Assembly (NCBI RefSeq): GCF_006345805.1
Contig: NC_042999.1
Location: 135,222,001 to 135,286,000, forward strand
DNA length: 64,000 bases
Direction of reading: 5' to 3'
From: Octopus sinensis
Lineage: Eukaryota
Shown here in pieces: positions 36,501-49,650 of this stretch. Positions within the stretch are counted from its first letter, which is position 1. Each line of letters opens with the position of its first letter. Made by a program: the position numbers and the translations under genes. Below the pieces are notes generated by a model. That model was not told the DNA's origin. It searched no databases and worked only from the letters and a program-made list of their open reading frames with translations.

Positions 36501-37614
36501 AATACCTCCTTTCTGATGATTCTGATAAGTAATCAAAAGTATAAGAAATTTAGACACTAAATCTGAACTGAATAAAGTGGCTATTTATTTCACTGTGATA
36601 AAGTGGCTATTTATTTCACTTATTGCTAATAACCAACAGAATTAAAAAAAAAAAAGAAAAAAAGAGAGAGAGGGAGAGAGACTTTTCAATGTTTTAAACA
36701 TTTTACATTGTTTAATATAAAAAGTAGCAAAGTGGTCAGTTTAGTGGTTGGTGAACTATTGCCAGCTGTAAAATCTTACAGATACACAACATTTCAGGCT
36801 GAGTTTTTCTCTAATGGCAAACATACAGTCAATGAGACTGGAGAATAGTCAAGTGAGTCAAACAGTACCTCACAACCACATACCACTAGTGGCTTCAAAG
36901 TCTAGCAAATAAGCAGAGAGTTTTATTGTTTTGATGGTATTATCAGAAGGTAATAGAGAAATAAGTTATATAAACTTAATTTCAAAATGCTTTGGAAAAA
37001 AAAATTCCTGTAAAGCTATTTTATATATTATTTAAAAACAGCTATAAAAATAAGTTGTATAAATAATATCTCACTTGTATTATTGTTTATATTTTTAAAT
37101 AAGCAAAAAAATTTCTTTTAATAAGCTGAAGAAAATAAAATAAGATGATGGTAACACTCTTGTTACACAATACTTTTAAAATCTTAATAATTTCAAATGT
37201 CTTTAAAACTTAATATCTCTTTAATTGTAAATTATACACTTGACTAATAACACCAATTTATACAACCAAGACAGTGCTGACACCTGATGGCAGGAATAAG
37301 AGACTGACTTTTAGAATATTATTTCAAGCCAACTCTAAAATATTGAAAAAAGAGTCAAGATTTGACAGTATTATTTCATAAAGAAATCCAGCAACAATGC
37401 CCATACCAGTCTGAGCAATTGAAAAAAAATGGCTGGTGTTGGCACAGTTACAGTTACTGCCAGTAACATGTAACATTCAAACTGTAGACAGTTTCCACGT
37501 GATCCCTTAACATCAGGTGTTTGCAAGTTCAGGATATTATCCTGCCGCTAACACTCATGCCTTTCAATTGTCTCTAATAGTTTCTTCTTTTGCTTGGATA
37601 AGTTGATTCAAGAG

Positions 37615-37809
37615 TTAATAGGTAGGTGTTTGAAAATCTGGAGCTTCTTTTTGCGCACTAAATGGTGGTTGCTGATATGGATCACCAGTCTCACTTCCTG
37701 GGAAGGAAGAATAGGGAGAGGAAACATTTGCTTCTGGTTCATAACCACTTGTGAAAGCTTCACCTGCACCCAAACGGTACTTCTGAACAGCCAAAAAAGT
37801 GAGAACACC
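37615..37809 (-). CDS. SYNGR: Synaptogyrin, last coding exon (GVLTFLAVQKYRLG...DFQTPTY*)
   Basis: Acceptor attgcag ends at 37810, phase 0, TAA at 37615. TM4 end plus the Pro/Tyr-rich cytoplasmic tail typical of synaptogyrins. Confidence 0.93.
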   Translation of the reverse strand, partial: GVLTFLAVQKYRLGAGEAFTSGYEPEANVSSPYSSFPGSETGDPYQQPPFSAQKEAPDFQTPTY

Positions 37810-38589
37810 CTGCAATAAATATTACAAAAGTTATAAATAAAACTGGTAGAAATAGGTAAAAAAAATATTTAAATACCAATGTTATAAAGAAATACATCAA
37901 AATCAGGGATGATAATCTATGGTACTATGGTACAGGTGCCAAGGACATGAAAAAAATTTCTTGGCACACAACATTGCTTTGCTATGTATCAAGACACTGA
38001 CCTTGATTGAAACACATTGTACCATTTAATTAATAGTTGAATAGACAAGAATAGATACATTATTTTTAAAAAGAAAAAGAAAATTAGTCATATTAATAAA
38101 ATGACTATCATTTATTTTGATTAACTTTAAATTCTTACTTTGAGCAATTGAAATGCATAAACAATGTAGTCTAGTTAGAAAAAGGATTAGGAAAAAAGTG
38201 AAACAATTCTTGAATCAGTTACCTTTATACAGATATAAACTGGAGCAGAGCAAACTGAGCCACTACATCCATAGTATCTCTTTCTTCACTAGTATATAAT
38301 TATGTCAGTATAGATTAAAAACAAGATAAAGCCTGAAATGTTAGAATTCTACATTCCTCACACCAACTGAACTTATGAAACTGTAGTATAATGCCAATGT
38401 GGTTACCAAAAAGCATTTATACTGGCAGTTAATGCCAATTTGACAATTTTAGACAATGTTACATAGTCTATTATGAGTGTATATTGTTTTTAAACAATAT
38501 ATACATCAAACAGGAAGAAAACTTTGAAGACAACATTCTAAAACCATTTTTTATCCCTGCTACAGGAAGGTTTAGTTTTGCAGGCCCAT

Positions 38590-39240
38590 AACAGACTTCT
38601 CTATTTTGCTCTGTTCTCTAAATCCACCTCACCAATCACCTTACCCTTATTTCCTCCACCATTTTCAACCATATCTTTCCCAATTTTTTCCTTGCCTACT
38701 TCTTTCCACATTAATTTCCACTACCCCTCTCACCCAGTAACTTTCCTACTTCCTCAGTACATGACCCAGTCAATCTTACCCAATTTTTCTTAATATGCAT
38801 CACTGATTTTATTTCCCTCATCCTCTGTGATTAATTGCTCGTCTTCCCTCCCTTCTCTCTCTTTCTTTCAGCTTTACTCCATTTATCCAACGAACCATTC
38901 TCATTTCTTTTCTTTTCAGCCCTCTCTGTTGTTTCAGGTTCATTATCCATGCCTCATGCACATAAATCACAGCGCTTCTCACACGTGCAACATACACTCT
39001 ACCCTTCAGTTTTAGCAAAACTGCGCACCCTCTTTTCAATAGCACACCACTAAGTTCCTGGAATTTCTTCCATGTATTTAGGTAACAAAATATTTTTCTT
39101 ACACCTTCCATCCTAACCCCATTTCCAGTCCCCATCTCTCCTTTCTTCCAACAGCAATCTCTCTCCATACGCACCTGTATCTCCCTCATTAGTTAATAAT
39201 CCTCTCACACTACTATATTATCCATGAACCCACCCAGTAA
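38590..39240 (-). mobile_element. RTE-clade LINE remnant
   Basis: WKKFQELSGVL..LKLKGRVY..VRSAVIY.HEAW..EMRMVRWINGVKL. Confidence 0.7.
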
Positions 39241-39799
39241 GAAAATTCTGAGGAGAGAGAGACTTAAATTAATTAACTGATTTATAATAAAGAGACATAC
39301 ATATAAAAATTTCTTTAGATGAAAGTACAAATGACAAACACAATGCAACTTCTAAACTCTCCTCAGCTTACTAATACAACAAATCAAACACCTATTTTTT
39401 TATATACTTCTCTACTTCATAACCAATATATTCATAGGGCACTAGTTCCAGTCAATACACCATTAAATTAATTTTCATTTTGTACCCTCATTCAAATATA
39501 TCTACTTAGCAATACACACACATCAAACCATACTTATATAGGTGGTCTTGCTGCGGAATGAAATCCCAAAATCTTGGCAACAGTAGTTGTCAGAGTTTAT
39601 TTAACTTATTGCCAATGTGATAAAGAATGATTTGTAGCCATATAGAAAATGTGTCTTAATACATACACATACACAGCTAGGTGTGTGTGTATGGGGGGGA
39701 TGTGCAACTTGTGCAAGATTCCATCTAGATGCAATATAAAATGATGGTGGGATATTGCTGCAGAGAGAACTAAGAGACAAGTTTATGTATGTCAATGTA

Positions 39800-40400
39800 G
39801 ATGAGGAATGAAAGTGCTACTATGAGAAACACTATGAATGTGGAGAATGTATGACAAATAGAGGGTCCACCTCAAAGAGTCCCAACAAAAGGACCAACCG
39901 TTGAAATTGACATCAGAGTGAATGGAGATACTCTAGAGAAGGGTAACCAGACACATCAAACTAACAAATGGGGTTATGAAAGTTGCAGAATGAGTCATAG
40001 CACAAATGAAGAAAATTCAGACCAGATGAAATGCAGTTCAGTTTTGTGCCAGGAAGAGATACTACCAATACAATAGTCTTATTGAAACAACTGCAGGAGA
40101 TGCATTTACTCAACCCTTTTGCCACTGACCATTATCCTTATCACTCTCTAAGAAAATGGCAAGGGACCAGGAGATGTAGCAATTTGCTGTACTTGATAAA
40201 ACATGTCAAGCTAAGTAAAAATTGCTGTCTTTCACTTGTACAGGCTTGTCCTTTTAGGTGCTGGTGCCACTTAAAAAGCACCGGTGCCAGTCATAGAAAC
40301 AATGCTACAACAGACAGCTGGAGTCTGGACAGCTCCCTGCTAGTCAGCCCCATGTCAAACCATGCCAGCATGGAAACTGGACGTTAAACGATGATGATGA
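39800..40400 (+). mobile_element. RTE-clade LINE remnant joined to an RTE tail
   Basis: MQFSFVPGRDTTNTIVLLKQLQEMHL (QFGF.PGRST.DAIF-like), then a tail ending ggacgttaaacgatgatgatga. Confidence 0.7.
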
Positions 40401-42609
40401 CTTACCTAAACAACCATCAAAATCCCTCTATCACTCTACCTCTCTTCCATCCTAATGTCTGTAAAAAGAGATAGCATCAGATCTGTCCATATTCAGTCCC
40501 ACTTACTACCCCCCCCCTACCACTAACCATTACTCTCTCTCTCTCTCTCCCTCATGTGACTCTTAGTTTAAATCTAGTCTCACCATAATTCATCTCTGTT
40601 GCTAGCCATCGCTTACTCTCTTATGATACGTCTGTTTGCTAGCCCATCTTACAGCTCATGCTGTTTTACATGTAACTATTAGAGTCTCTGATCCATTACC
40701 CCCCCCTACCATCCTATCACTGTTTCTCCCCCATAACACACACACTCCTCTTTCATTCTCTCAGTCATGTTCACCACAAGAACAGAGTGTATGTAGAATT
40801 CTTTAGTCTAGTATGGACAGCTTTGCTAGTGTTGGTACAACAAAATTCACCCAGAATCCTCAGTAACATGGCTGGTGACTGAATAAAGAGAGAGCAGTAA
40901 CAGATCCTTACTTGCATCAAGGAAATGACAATTTCTCTAGTTCTAGTAACAGAACCACAATAAGATTCACTTAGTACACTTAGAAAGTGGTTGTTTTTAG
41001 GAAGGGCATCCAGCTGTGGAAACCAAGCTTAAAATAGAACATACAAGGAAGACAAGGCCCTTTGATCTTACACTTAAATACAGAGTGATTTGGACAATGA
41101 TAACCCATCTAATTCATGTCACTATGGAAAGCAGACATCAAGTCTTTTAAGCATTGAAAACTGCTTATTAATTTTGGGTTTTACTTTGATGTTTAGCTTA
41201 ATTCCAGCAAAATTATAATCTGTCAAATACTGTGCCTCTTAAAACTCAAACTTGTCCCATCATTCAAATCTTTCCATCTGGTTAGAACATAATCAATTAT
41301 GTGCCATTTATTGGAACCAGGATGCAGTCAAGTTCTTTTGTAATCCCTACATTCAAAGAACCTGTTACAAACAGCGAAATTCAATTCTGTGTACATCAGT
41401 AGCTGATATAAACATTAGAATTTCCTAGCAGTTTCTTATTTCAAATGGGCCTTGAATATGAAAGATTTGCAAAGGCTAGAAAACAAACTGCTAGCAAGAA
41501 TATCCCACAGAATGTGCATGAATGATAAAGCACAAATGAGTTGAGAGAGTAGTCTCTCTTGTAGTGTGCTTGTGTAAGAACAAATGATGTCTACAAGCAA
41601 ATGAGTTATTTGCTGTATAAAGAAGTACCAAGTGGATTGAACCTGCAGAAGAGGAGATAGAGAAAAACTAAGGAAAAAGGTGTGGAAAACTTATTTCATG
41701 AAGCTGAATCTCACAAAAGAGATGATAGATTATAACAAGTAGTAAGATGCTGTCTTGGAGAAAATTTGTTCATTCCATGTAAGCATGTAAAGGAGCAGAC
41801 ATCATTCTTTAACATAACTATAAAATCAAGATTATTTCAGACAAAAATTACCTAATCAAAACATTAAAGCAAATACAAGGAATTAAAAACAAGTATTAAA
41901 AAAAAACATCTTTGCAAGTGTGAACCATAAGAAATGTAGATGATTGTTTCACAAAGTTATCAATATTGGATTTTTTTGATAATGACAACCAATATAGCGT
42001 AACTGTTACCTTCAAAGAATCGGAAAATAGATAAATGGGGTCTAAAGAAACTAGCATTGGACTATGTCTGCAAAAATCAGTTAATAAAATCCACACATTT
42101 GAAAATTTGTGGGGAGAGAACTTTCTTTTCTCTTTCTGAAGAATGGCCAGTTCCAAAATATTAAAATTTACAACTCCCCATGATATACAAGCTTATTCAA
42201 ATTTGTAAAATCATACATACAATCAATTTTGTAGACACAATCCTTAGGAAAGGAATGAAACTAAATTGACCCATCAAATTACTCCATCATAAAATATAAA
42301 TGTTTACTCCACATGATTCATGTCCTGTGAGATTGCTTCTTGAATTTAAAAAAAAAAGCAATTGGAAAAATGACAATTTTTTAACATGCCTGAAAAGCTC
42401 ACACTCAGCAGAGAACATTTTGGTGGATTAAATATAGTATATCAATACAATGTATGTATTAACTATGAAAGACCTGATGATTTTCACTCGCTGTATAAAC
42501 TCATTTAAAATACATAAAATAAGGGGTGTATAGCAGTAAATGTCTTTTGGGATATCTCTACATTGACAATCTGTGATATGCACATCATATAACTTGTAAG
42601 GATACTTAC

Positions 42610-42752
42610 AAAGCTAAGAATTGAAAAGAAAGAGAATGCAATAGCAGCTTGAATATCATCTTTGCCATGATCCTTTGGAAGCACTGATTTAGTCTTCCTC
42701 CATGAATCAGCAAGGTAACAGAAGCACACAAACCACATAAATGTCCAGGCTC
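42610..42752 (-). CDS. SYNGR: Synaptogyrin, exon 3 (GAWTFMWFVCFCYLADSW...IQAAIAFSFFSILSF)
   Basis: Acceptor cttttag, donor gtaagt, 143 nt, phase 1/0. Contains the conserved WFV.FCYLA..W and AAIAFSFFSI motifs. Confidence 0.96.
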
Positions 42753-44040
42753 CTAAAAGTAGAAAGAAGGAAAATATTTGAGATTATTACAGAAATTTTC
42801 TCCTTCAATTAATAAAAAAATTAATTTCTTGCTAACTAACAAGATAGTTAAATGTAAATATCAGCTACCATACACAGCTAACAAATGAACTAAAGTCCAT
42901 CCAGAACAAATTTATAATTTCTTTTATTCTTTTACTTGTTTTAGCCAGTAAAAATATTTTATTTTTACTTTGAAATATACTTGAAATGTATTTAGTTGTC
43001 AAATCAACCTTAAGACTTATTCTATCAGTCACTTTTTGCTAAATAGTTAAGTGGTGAGGAGGTGAATCAACAGACTACTAACAGGTGAGAAACAAACAAG
43101 CATGCATATACACACACACATTCACACTTTTCACCAACCGAATTTAGTTACAAAATATTGGTCAGCTTTAGTAGAAGACATTTCCATACAGTGCCACACA
43201 CTGGGACTGAACTCAAGATCAGGTGGTTGTGAAGTGAACTTCTTAACTACACAACCATATATCTTTTGTTCATAATAATTAATTGGAAAGAAGCACTACT
43301 AAATAGAAACCAAACTAGAAAGAAAATTCAGTCTACAAACTTCAAAGAACCAACAAATAAAAAGAGGGTTTGAGTAAACTAGTATTGGCTTGTGTCCACA
43401 AAATCAATCAATAAAGTTCCCAAATTTGAAAATAAAGACAATATTTTATAATCAGGATAAAATATTACAGCATTTAAATTTAGAGGATAGTTTGGGGTGG
43501 TGTAGCAGTATTATAGATTATTACGTAGAAGACATATAAGAGAGGGGCACTTACAGGTATCTTAGTTTGATTGGAAGTAGTTCAGAAAGTGTTTGTGAAG
43601 TTCTGACAAACATTAGTTTGAGCAAAATGAAGTTTGGGTTTGTACCAGGTCCTATCTGTAGTGGAAAACAACTGCTAGAGCAGTTCTTCACAAACAACGC
43701 TACTTTGCATTTCTTGACATGAAAAGTCTGTTGAATATGTCCCACAATCTGTTGTCTATGGGACATTGAGAAAAAGATGGGTAAGAGTTACTAAAGTATC
43801 AGGGTGAGGTAATAAAAAGTAAGGTTGTCAACTAGTTTAGTGAAGAGTGTACAGATAAGTGTTCACTAAGATTATGTCCTGACTTCTACTCATAAATTCT
43901 TCAGGCAATAACAATGGTGCTCAGGACTGGATGTCCCTGAGAACAACTGTATGTTGATAATATGATTTATACTGCAGAATGTAACACAGCTAAAAGAAAA
44001 ATGTTTCATACCCAGAATGATATTTTTCAATTCAAAGGCC

Positions 44041-44258
44041 TTAACACTTTAGCATTTAACCAGCCTTATCCAACCAATATATCCTGTTTTATGTTCAAAC
44101 TGGCCAATTCTAGCCTCTCACATCTAACCTACAATATCATTCTGAAAATATACACTCATCAAAATCTGAAGACTAAAAGCTAATACATGATTAATTCAAA
44201 ACAATGTGAATAAATAGGTATTATATTTTACAGAGTAATCTGAATGCTGAAGGGTTAA
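44041..44258. mobile_element. piggyBac-type MITE (TTAA ends); partial relatives at about 44265-44450, 56670-56770 and 61430-61562
   Basis: ttaacactttagcatt ... aatgctgaagggttaa inverted termini flanked by TTAA. Confidence 0.6.
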
Positions 44259-45504
44259 ACAACAAAATATTGTACTTGTTTTATGGTCAAACTAGCCAGA
44301 TCTAACCTCTCACACCAACCCCCCAATGTCATTCTAAAAACAAATAGTTAGACCATCAACATTTCAAAGCTACAAGATAATGCATGATTAATTCAAAACA
44401 ATGTGAATAAATGAGCATTACATCTGACAAAGTAATGTGAATGCTTAAGGATCAAGGTCATTGTAGCAAAAGTCAGGTATTAATGAGAAATGAGCACACA
44501 AAACCTCAGAATTATCTAACAAGTGGCTTTGCTCAATATGTAGAAAACGAAAGGGTAAAACCTCTACACTGTCTACTCAGTTGAAGCAATTAGTATATAA
44601 AAAGAATGTAGTGGGATATCTGTCAGGCTGGCTAGGAAGTAGGACATCAGATCTGATGAATACAAATACTAAATGCATGCTTGAATGAGACTAAGAACTA
44701 TTCAGATAGCTTGCAAGAATTGGTGATAGCTTTTGGGTGATCTAATTAGTGCTGAGTATGATTGGAGAGATAGTATATTAACTGGAGCAAGGCAGATATG
44801 GAAGTTTAGGGAAATGTTATCTATATTGACAAAAATTTTTTTTCTTTCTGTGCAAAAGACTTTGAAGCATATGTAAGGCGTGTTATACTACATGGGATAT
44901 AAAAATTGAATGTCGAAGCTCTATAGAGGCTGATGAGAAAGGAGATGAATATACCTTTATTATCTTGCATGAAAGGCATATCATAAGCGAGTTGGTATTA
45001 ATGGCATTAGTTGTTGTGTGCAAGGAAGACTACTGAGCTACTTTGGAGATGTGTTGTGAATGGATAGGAGTACAGGGTGAAAAAGCATAAAGAAATGGTA
45101 AAATAAAACCTCAGAAATTTAGGCCTCATATTTGAGTTGACAAAACACTATGATAAATGGTAACATAGCACACATAAGACATACCCAATCTATGCTGACA
45201 TGGAGAAGAATGAACATAGAAATAGCATTATTCAAAAGATGCAATTTAATAACAATTAATTCCAAAGTCTTATTATTCTGTTGCATCGCACCTCTTAGTT
45301 ATATTACATGCAATTAGTTGTGGAGATATATACATAATATTCAGAGGACTTGGACTAGTGGTTAAAGCAGAGAGTTTTTCAGAAAATCAAAATCAATATA
45401 CATAAGTGAAATTGTAATACAAGATAAAAGCAGTTTCCCTGAAACACTGTTATAATATTAGTTCCCTGATCTCAGTGAAAGAATAATGATGCTAAAATGT
45501 TTAC

Positions 45505-45724
45505 CTGAGAAGCCCAAGTCTCCAAGAACAGCATATTTACGATGTTGTACACTGCTGATGTTATCAAATACTGCATCAATGACCAAAAAGATAATGCAAG
45601 CAAGAAAAGCCAACACTCCTATAGCCGAACCAAATCGACACGCATTGGCATCATCGTTAAATTGGCATTTTTGAAGATACCATCCTCCTGACGATATACA
45701 GCCAAATACCACCACTGAAAACAG
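45505..45724 (-). CDS. SYNGR: Synaptogyrin, exon 2 (LFSVVVFGCISSGGW...CQFNDDANACRFG...VLGDLGFS+G)
   Basis: Acceptor ttacag, donor gtaaac, 220 nt, phase 0/1. MARVEL TM1-TM2 with paired luminal Cys and ISSVQHRKYAVL.D. Confidence 0.96.
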
Positions 45725-46289
45725 CTGTAATAGAGACAAAACATGAATTTAGAGAACATAAAAATAAAATAAAACATCTGTAAAAGTAAAAAGAGAACAA
45801 TTATTATAATACCTGAAACAACTGGGGAGTATGATTAAAATGCGATTTAACTGTCAAAAATAACCCGCCTGAAATAGCCCGTTTTAAAGTGTTCATATCT
45901 AAATTGAATTGAAATATAGCTATAACTTCATGTAAAAACTTTTTATGTTCCAAACACCAAATTAATAATGATAAAGTTAGTTATTTTACTATATAGATTT
46001 TAGTTCCTTAGGAAAATTTTGATAAAGAATATCAAAAGAATTTTAGTCTTTTAGAAAATATCTAAAAAATAAAACAAGGAAATCTGTGGTTTGTCATCTA
46101 GTGTAACTAATGGATATGATACAAATTGGATTTGAATTAAGAAAACTATAACAAAACTAAAGTTATACAACAGCATTCATAAATATACATATGAAGATGT
46201 TAAAAAAAAATGTAAGCTTATGTTCAGTGAAGGAAGTCATTATTATATAGTTTTAACAGAAGAGAGTTGCCATTTGATACATTGTCTTT

Positions 46290-46665
46290 TATCTTTTACT
46301 TGTTTCAGTTATAGGAATGCAACCACGCTGGGGCACCACTTTCAAACAAATCGACCCCAGTACTTACATTTTTTTCTTTTTTGAAGTGCAGCACTTATTA
46401 TATTAGTCTCTTTTGCTAAACTGCTAAGCTATGAAGACATAGACAAAGACCAATTGTCAAGTAGTAGTGACAGCAGGGTGACAAATACAGACAGAAAGAC
46501 ACAAACAAGCAACAAGCTGCCCCATGGTTTCTGCCTGCTAAATTCACTCAAAAGGAATTGGTCAGACTGGGGCTATAGCAGAAGATACTTACTCAAGGTA
46601 ACATGCAGTGAAACTGAACCAGAAATCACAAGGTTGCAAAGCAAGCTTCTTAACCACACAGCCAT
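46290..46665 (-). mobile_element. Decayed family-B SINE
   Basis: cttttacttgtttcagtta...gctggggcacc tail and actgaaccagaaatc head. Confidence 0.65.
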
Positions 46666-48729
46666 GCTTATGACCATACTAGATGATTTTAAGGTGCTGA
46701 TGTTGCTAACAGATTGTGATTCTGATTTGATTTCATTTCACCATTCATTTTATGCAGCTTTGGTGGTGGAGGTGGAATATGGACATCAATGGTGATAGGT
46801 GAACTTTTAAAAATCTTATACTTGCAATTGAGATTACAAAAGTTATGAGATTATATACCAGCTGATAGGGTGGCCTCTGGTGGTATTACCCACAGGGTCA
46901 GGCCCTTCTGTTGTTAGACAGTAACATTAATTACTAAATGCTCTTCACTTAACCTCTGAAAAAGAGCAGTCCAATTGTGCATAAGTGTAATAGGAATTGT
47001 GCCAATTCCTACTGCATTAAATAGAAAAAAAAAATAGTGCAGTGGGAATTGGCATAAAAAGTATCTTCTGGAAGGAAGCCTAGTTTGAGTGCTTGCAATG
47101 GCCTGGACTCCACTAAAAGGTACCAAATAGTTAGTAGGCAATTTTGAACCAGGCAGTATGTTCCCACCTCTCCCACTAAAAAAGTGCAGAAGCATCTCAT
47201 TTATACACACAAAACAAACACAAAATGCAGTTGCACTGATTGACTTAATTTAGGAATAAAGTTATGGACAATTGTGATGATTAATAGTTGAATTCTTTTC
47301 ATTAATTTAATTAAGGCAAGGAAGAAACCAAGAGGTTGAAACAGTTGCATAAAGTCTCAGGAAGTAACAACTACCTTTGTTGACAATAGATTAACAGATA
47401 ATGGTCAAATGATGATAATATATAGCTACATCGAGAGAAGAATAAATTAATATTTTGAATGAAATATAGACTGGGTATGAAAAACATTGTTTAAAACAAA
47501 GAAAAAAGAGACAGGCAACAGCTGTTGAGATACAGTTTATGTCAGAGGCAAGTAGATATTGTGTTCAACAGAAATTAGGTCCTTTGTTAAAAAAGGTAGG
47601 ACCAAGAAATAGTACGACAACAGTTGTGTAAATTATGCTGATAAATGCTTGAAGGATGAGTAAAAAGCCTTTTGAAATTTGCAATTACATTAGACCAACA
47701 CTAATTCTAAATTGGGAGCAAGAAACACTGTGTATAGGAAAGGAGGAGGTGAGACCAAATGCACACTGATCAATCATCAGTCTCAAATCATAATGCCACA
47801 GTGGTGTTACTAGAGTCACTATAGTTCTGCAGTTCAATTCTTGCAGTAGTTTTGAAGGGATTGTTGTTTAGTGTTAGGTCAGCCTTGGTGGACAGATCTA
47901 TGAGTAAAAGCATTCCTATCCATCTTTTTTTGGCATACAAGGCAACATTACTCAATGCACTCTTTTTTAAAGACTAGATGATTCAAAGAAAATTTGACCA
48001 TTAATTCTAGTAGATGAAGTAACCTATAGTGGCCTTCTAATAGGTTCTTGAGGTCTATCATGGAGGTGTTGCTATGGTTACTGCAGTCCACTATTTAGGT
48101 CTTGTGGTTAGTATGTGGTCTGTCATGACAAGTTGTTGTTATGCAGTCCTAAGTCAGCCCAGTGTGCAAGTAGTTTACTGAATGATGAGATGTGACCTAC
48201 AGATCCATGTTCCCAGTTAAACAAGTCTCTGTCTAGCTGAGGGCCATGCTTCCCATGATGACAGACAATGATAAATCAGATGAGTAGTGTAACAAGTTGG
48301 ATATACTACCCTCTTTCCACTGTCCAGTCTATTCCTGTGTGCCCAGAGATTCTACTAGTGACTGCAGCAGATGTAAGCAAAGTAGACTCAACAGAGGTGC
48401 AACAATTACTATTCCTCTGCATTCATTATTGGTTGTGTGTGTCTTAATGTTATTGATAGTGTAGCTTTTTCTGTGTGTATGTGTTTTCATGCCTGTCTGG
48501 GTAGAGAGAGAGATGGCATTATTTTAAGGAGTTGCTCTCATAGTGCTCCAGGGATGTTGTACATGTGGTTAGGTATATCGAAGTGAATTTTCACTTAGTG
48601 ACAGAGACTGAGTGGGGGAAGGTTTTGAAGCTTAATGCAACAACAACCTATACCCCTCAAGGTGGGCTTTCATTTTTAGTATTTTTGTTTTGTTTAGTGC
48701 ACTGTTTCATGTTCATTATAATTTATTAT

Positions 48730-49650
48730 TCTGATGAGTGAGACAACGGAGGGATTGAGAGAGAGAGGTTCTGGAAATAGGTGTTTGAAAGCAAGGGTTT
48801 GACGGTAAACCTCGGGAAGACAAAGGTGATGGTGAATGGGGTGAAAGGAGAAGGGTAATGGCAAATGTGGTGTTGTGTATGAGAGGTGAGAAACGGATTC
48901 ATGGTAGATGTACAAAAATGAAGGTAATCAAGACTGGCAAGAGTGTTTGTTTGTGGAAGATGTGAGAAAGGAGCTGGAGGGCTGGCAAAGTCACTGGAAA
49001 CACTAAGTGACGAGGTGGAGACGGTGAGAGGGTTTTGTTATTTGGGAGATAGGGTGGATGTGAAGCAGCTGTGACAACCAGAGTGAGACTTGACTGGGTA
49101 AAGTTCAGGGAATGTGGAGCGTTGTTATGTGGAAAAAAGTTTTCATTGAAGATGAAAGGAAAGGTCCATAGGAGTTGTGTGAGAGATGTAATGCTGTATG
49201 GGAATGAGACATGGTGTTTGAGGGAGAGAAAGATGGCAATTTTGAGAAGGACTGAGAGAGCAATAGTGAGGGAAATGTGTGGGGTGAAGCTGTTTGATAA
49301 GAGGAGGACTGAGGACTTGATGGGGGATGCTGGGGCTGGAGGAGTCAGTGGAATGGCTGGCAAGGGCAAATGGAGTGTGGTGGTATGTGTTGAGGAGGGA
49401 TGAGGAGCTTGTTCTGAAGAGGGTACTAGAGTTTGAGGTAAATGGATAATGAAAGCGAGGTAGACTGAGGAAAATGTGGAGGGGACAGGTGGAGGAGAAG
49501 ATTGGGAGGGTTGGCTTGAGAAAGGAGGATGCCCAAAACTGGGCAAGATAGTGAGATGGTGTGAGGGTGGTTGCTTTGGCATTGAGGTAGATCCAGCCAC
49601 CCCTGTTAGAGTGGACAAAACCTGGATTCAAAATGATGGATGATGATGAT
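48730..49650 (+). mobile_element. RTE-clade LINE 3' portion, decayed
   Basis: GLRVNLGKTKVMV, FCYLGD, TRVRLDWVKFREC..LLCGKKFSLKMKGKVHRSCVRDVMLYGNETW, and a gatgatgat tail. Confidence 0.85.

Noticed and set aside
47550-48460. Possible old LINE endonuclease remnant on the minus strand
   Set aside because: The motifs are too degraded to support a call by eye.
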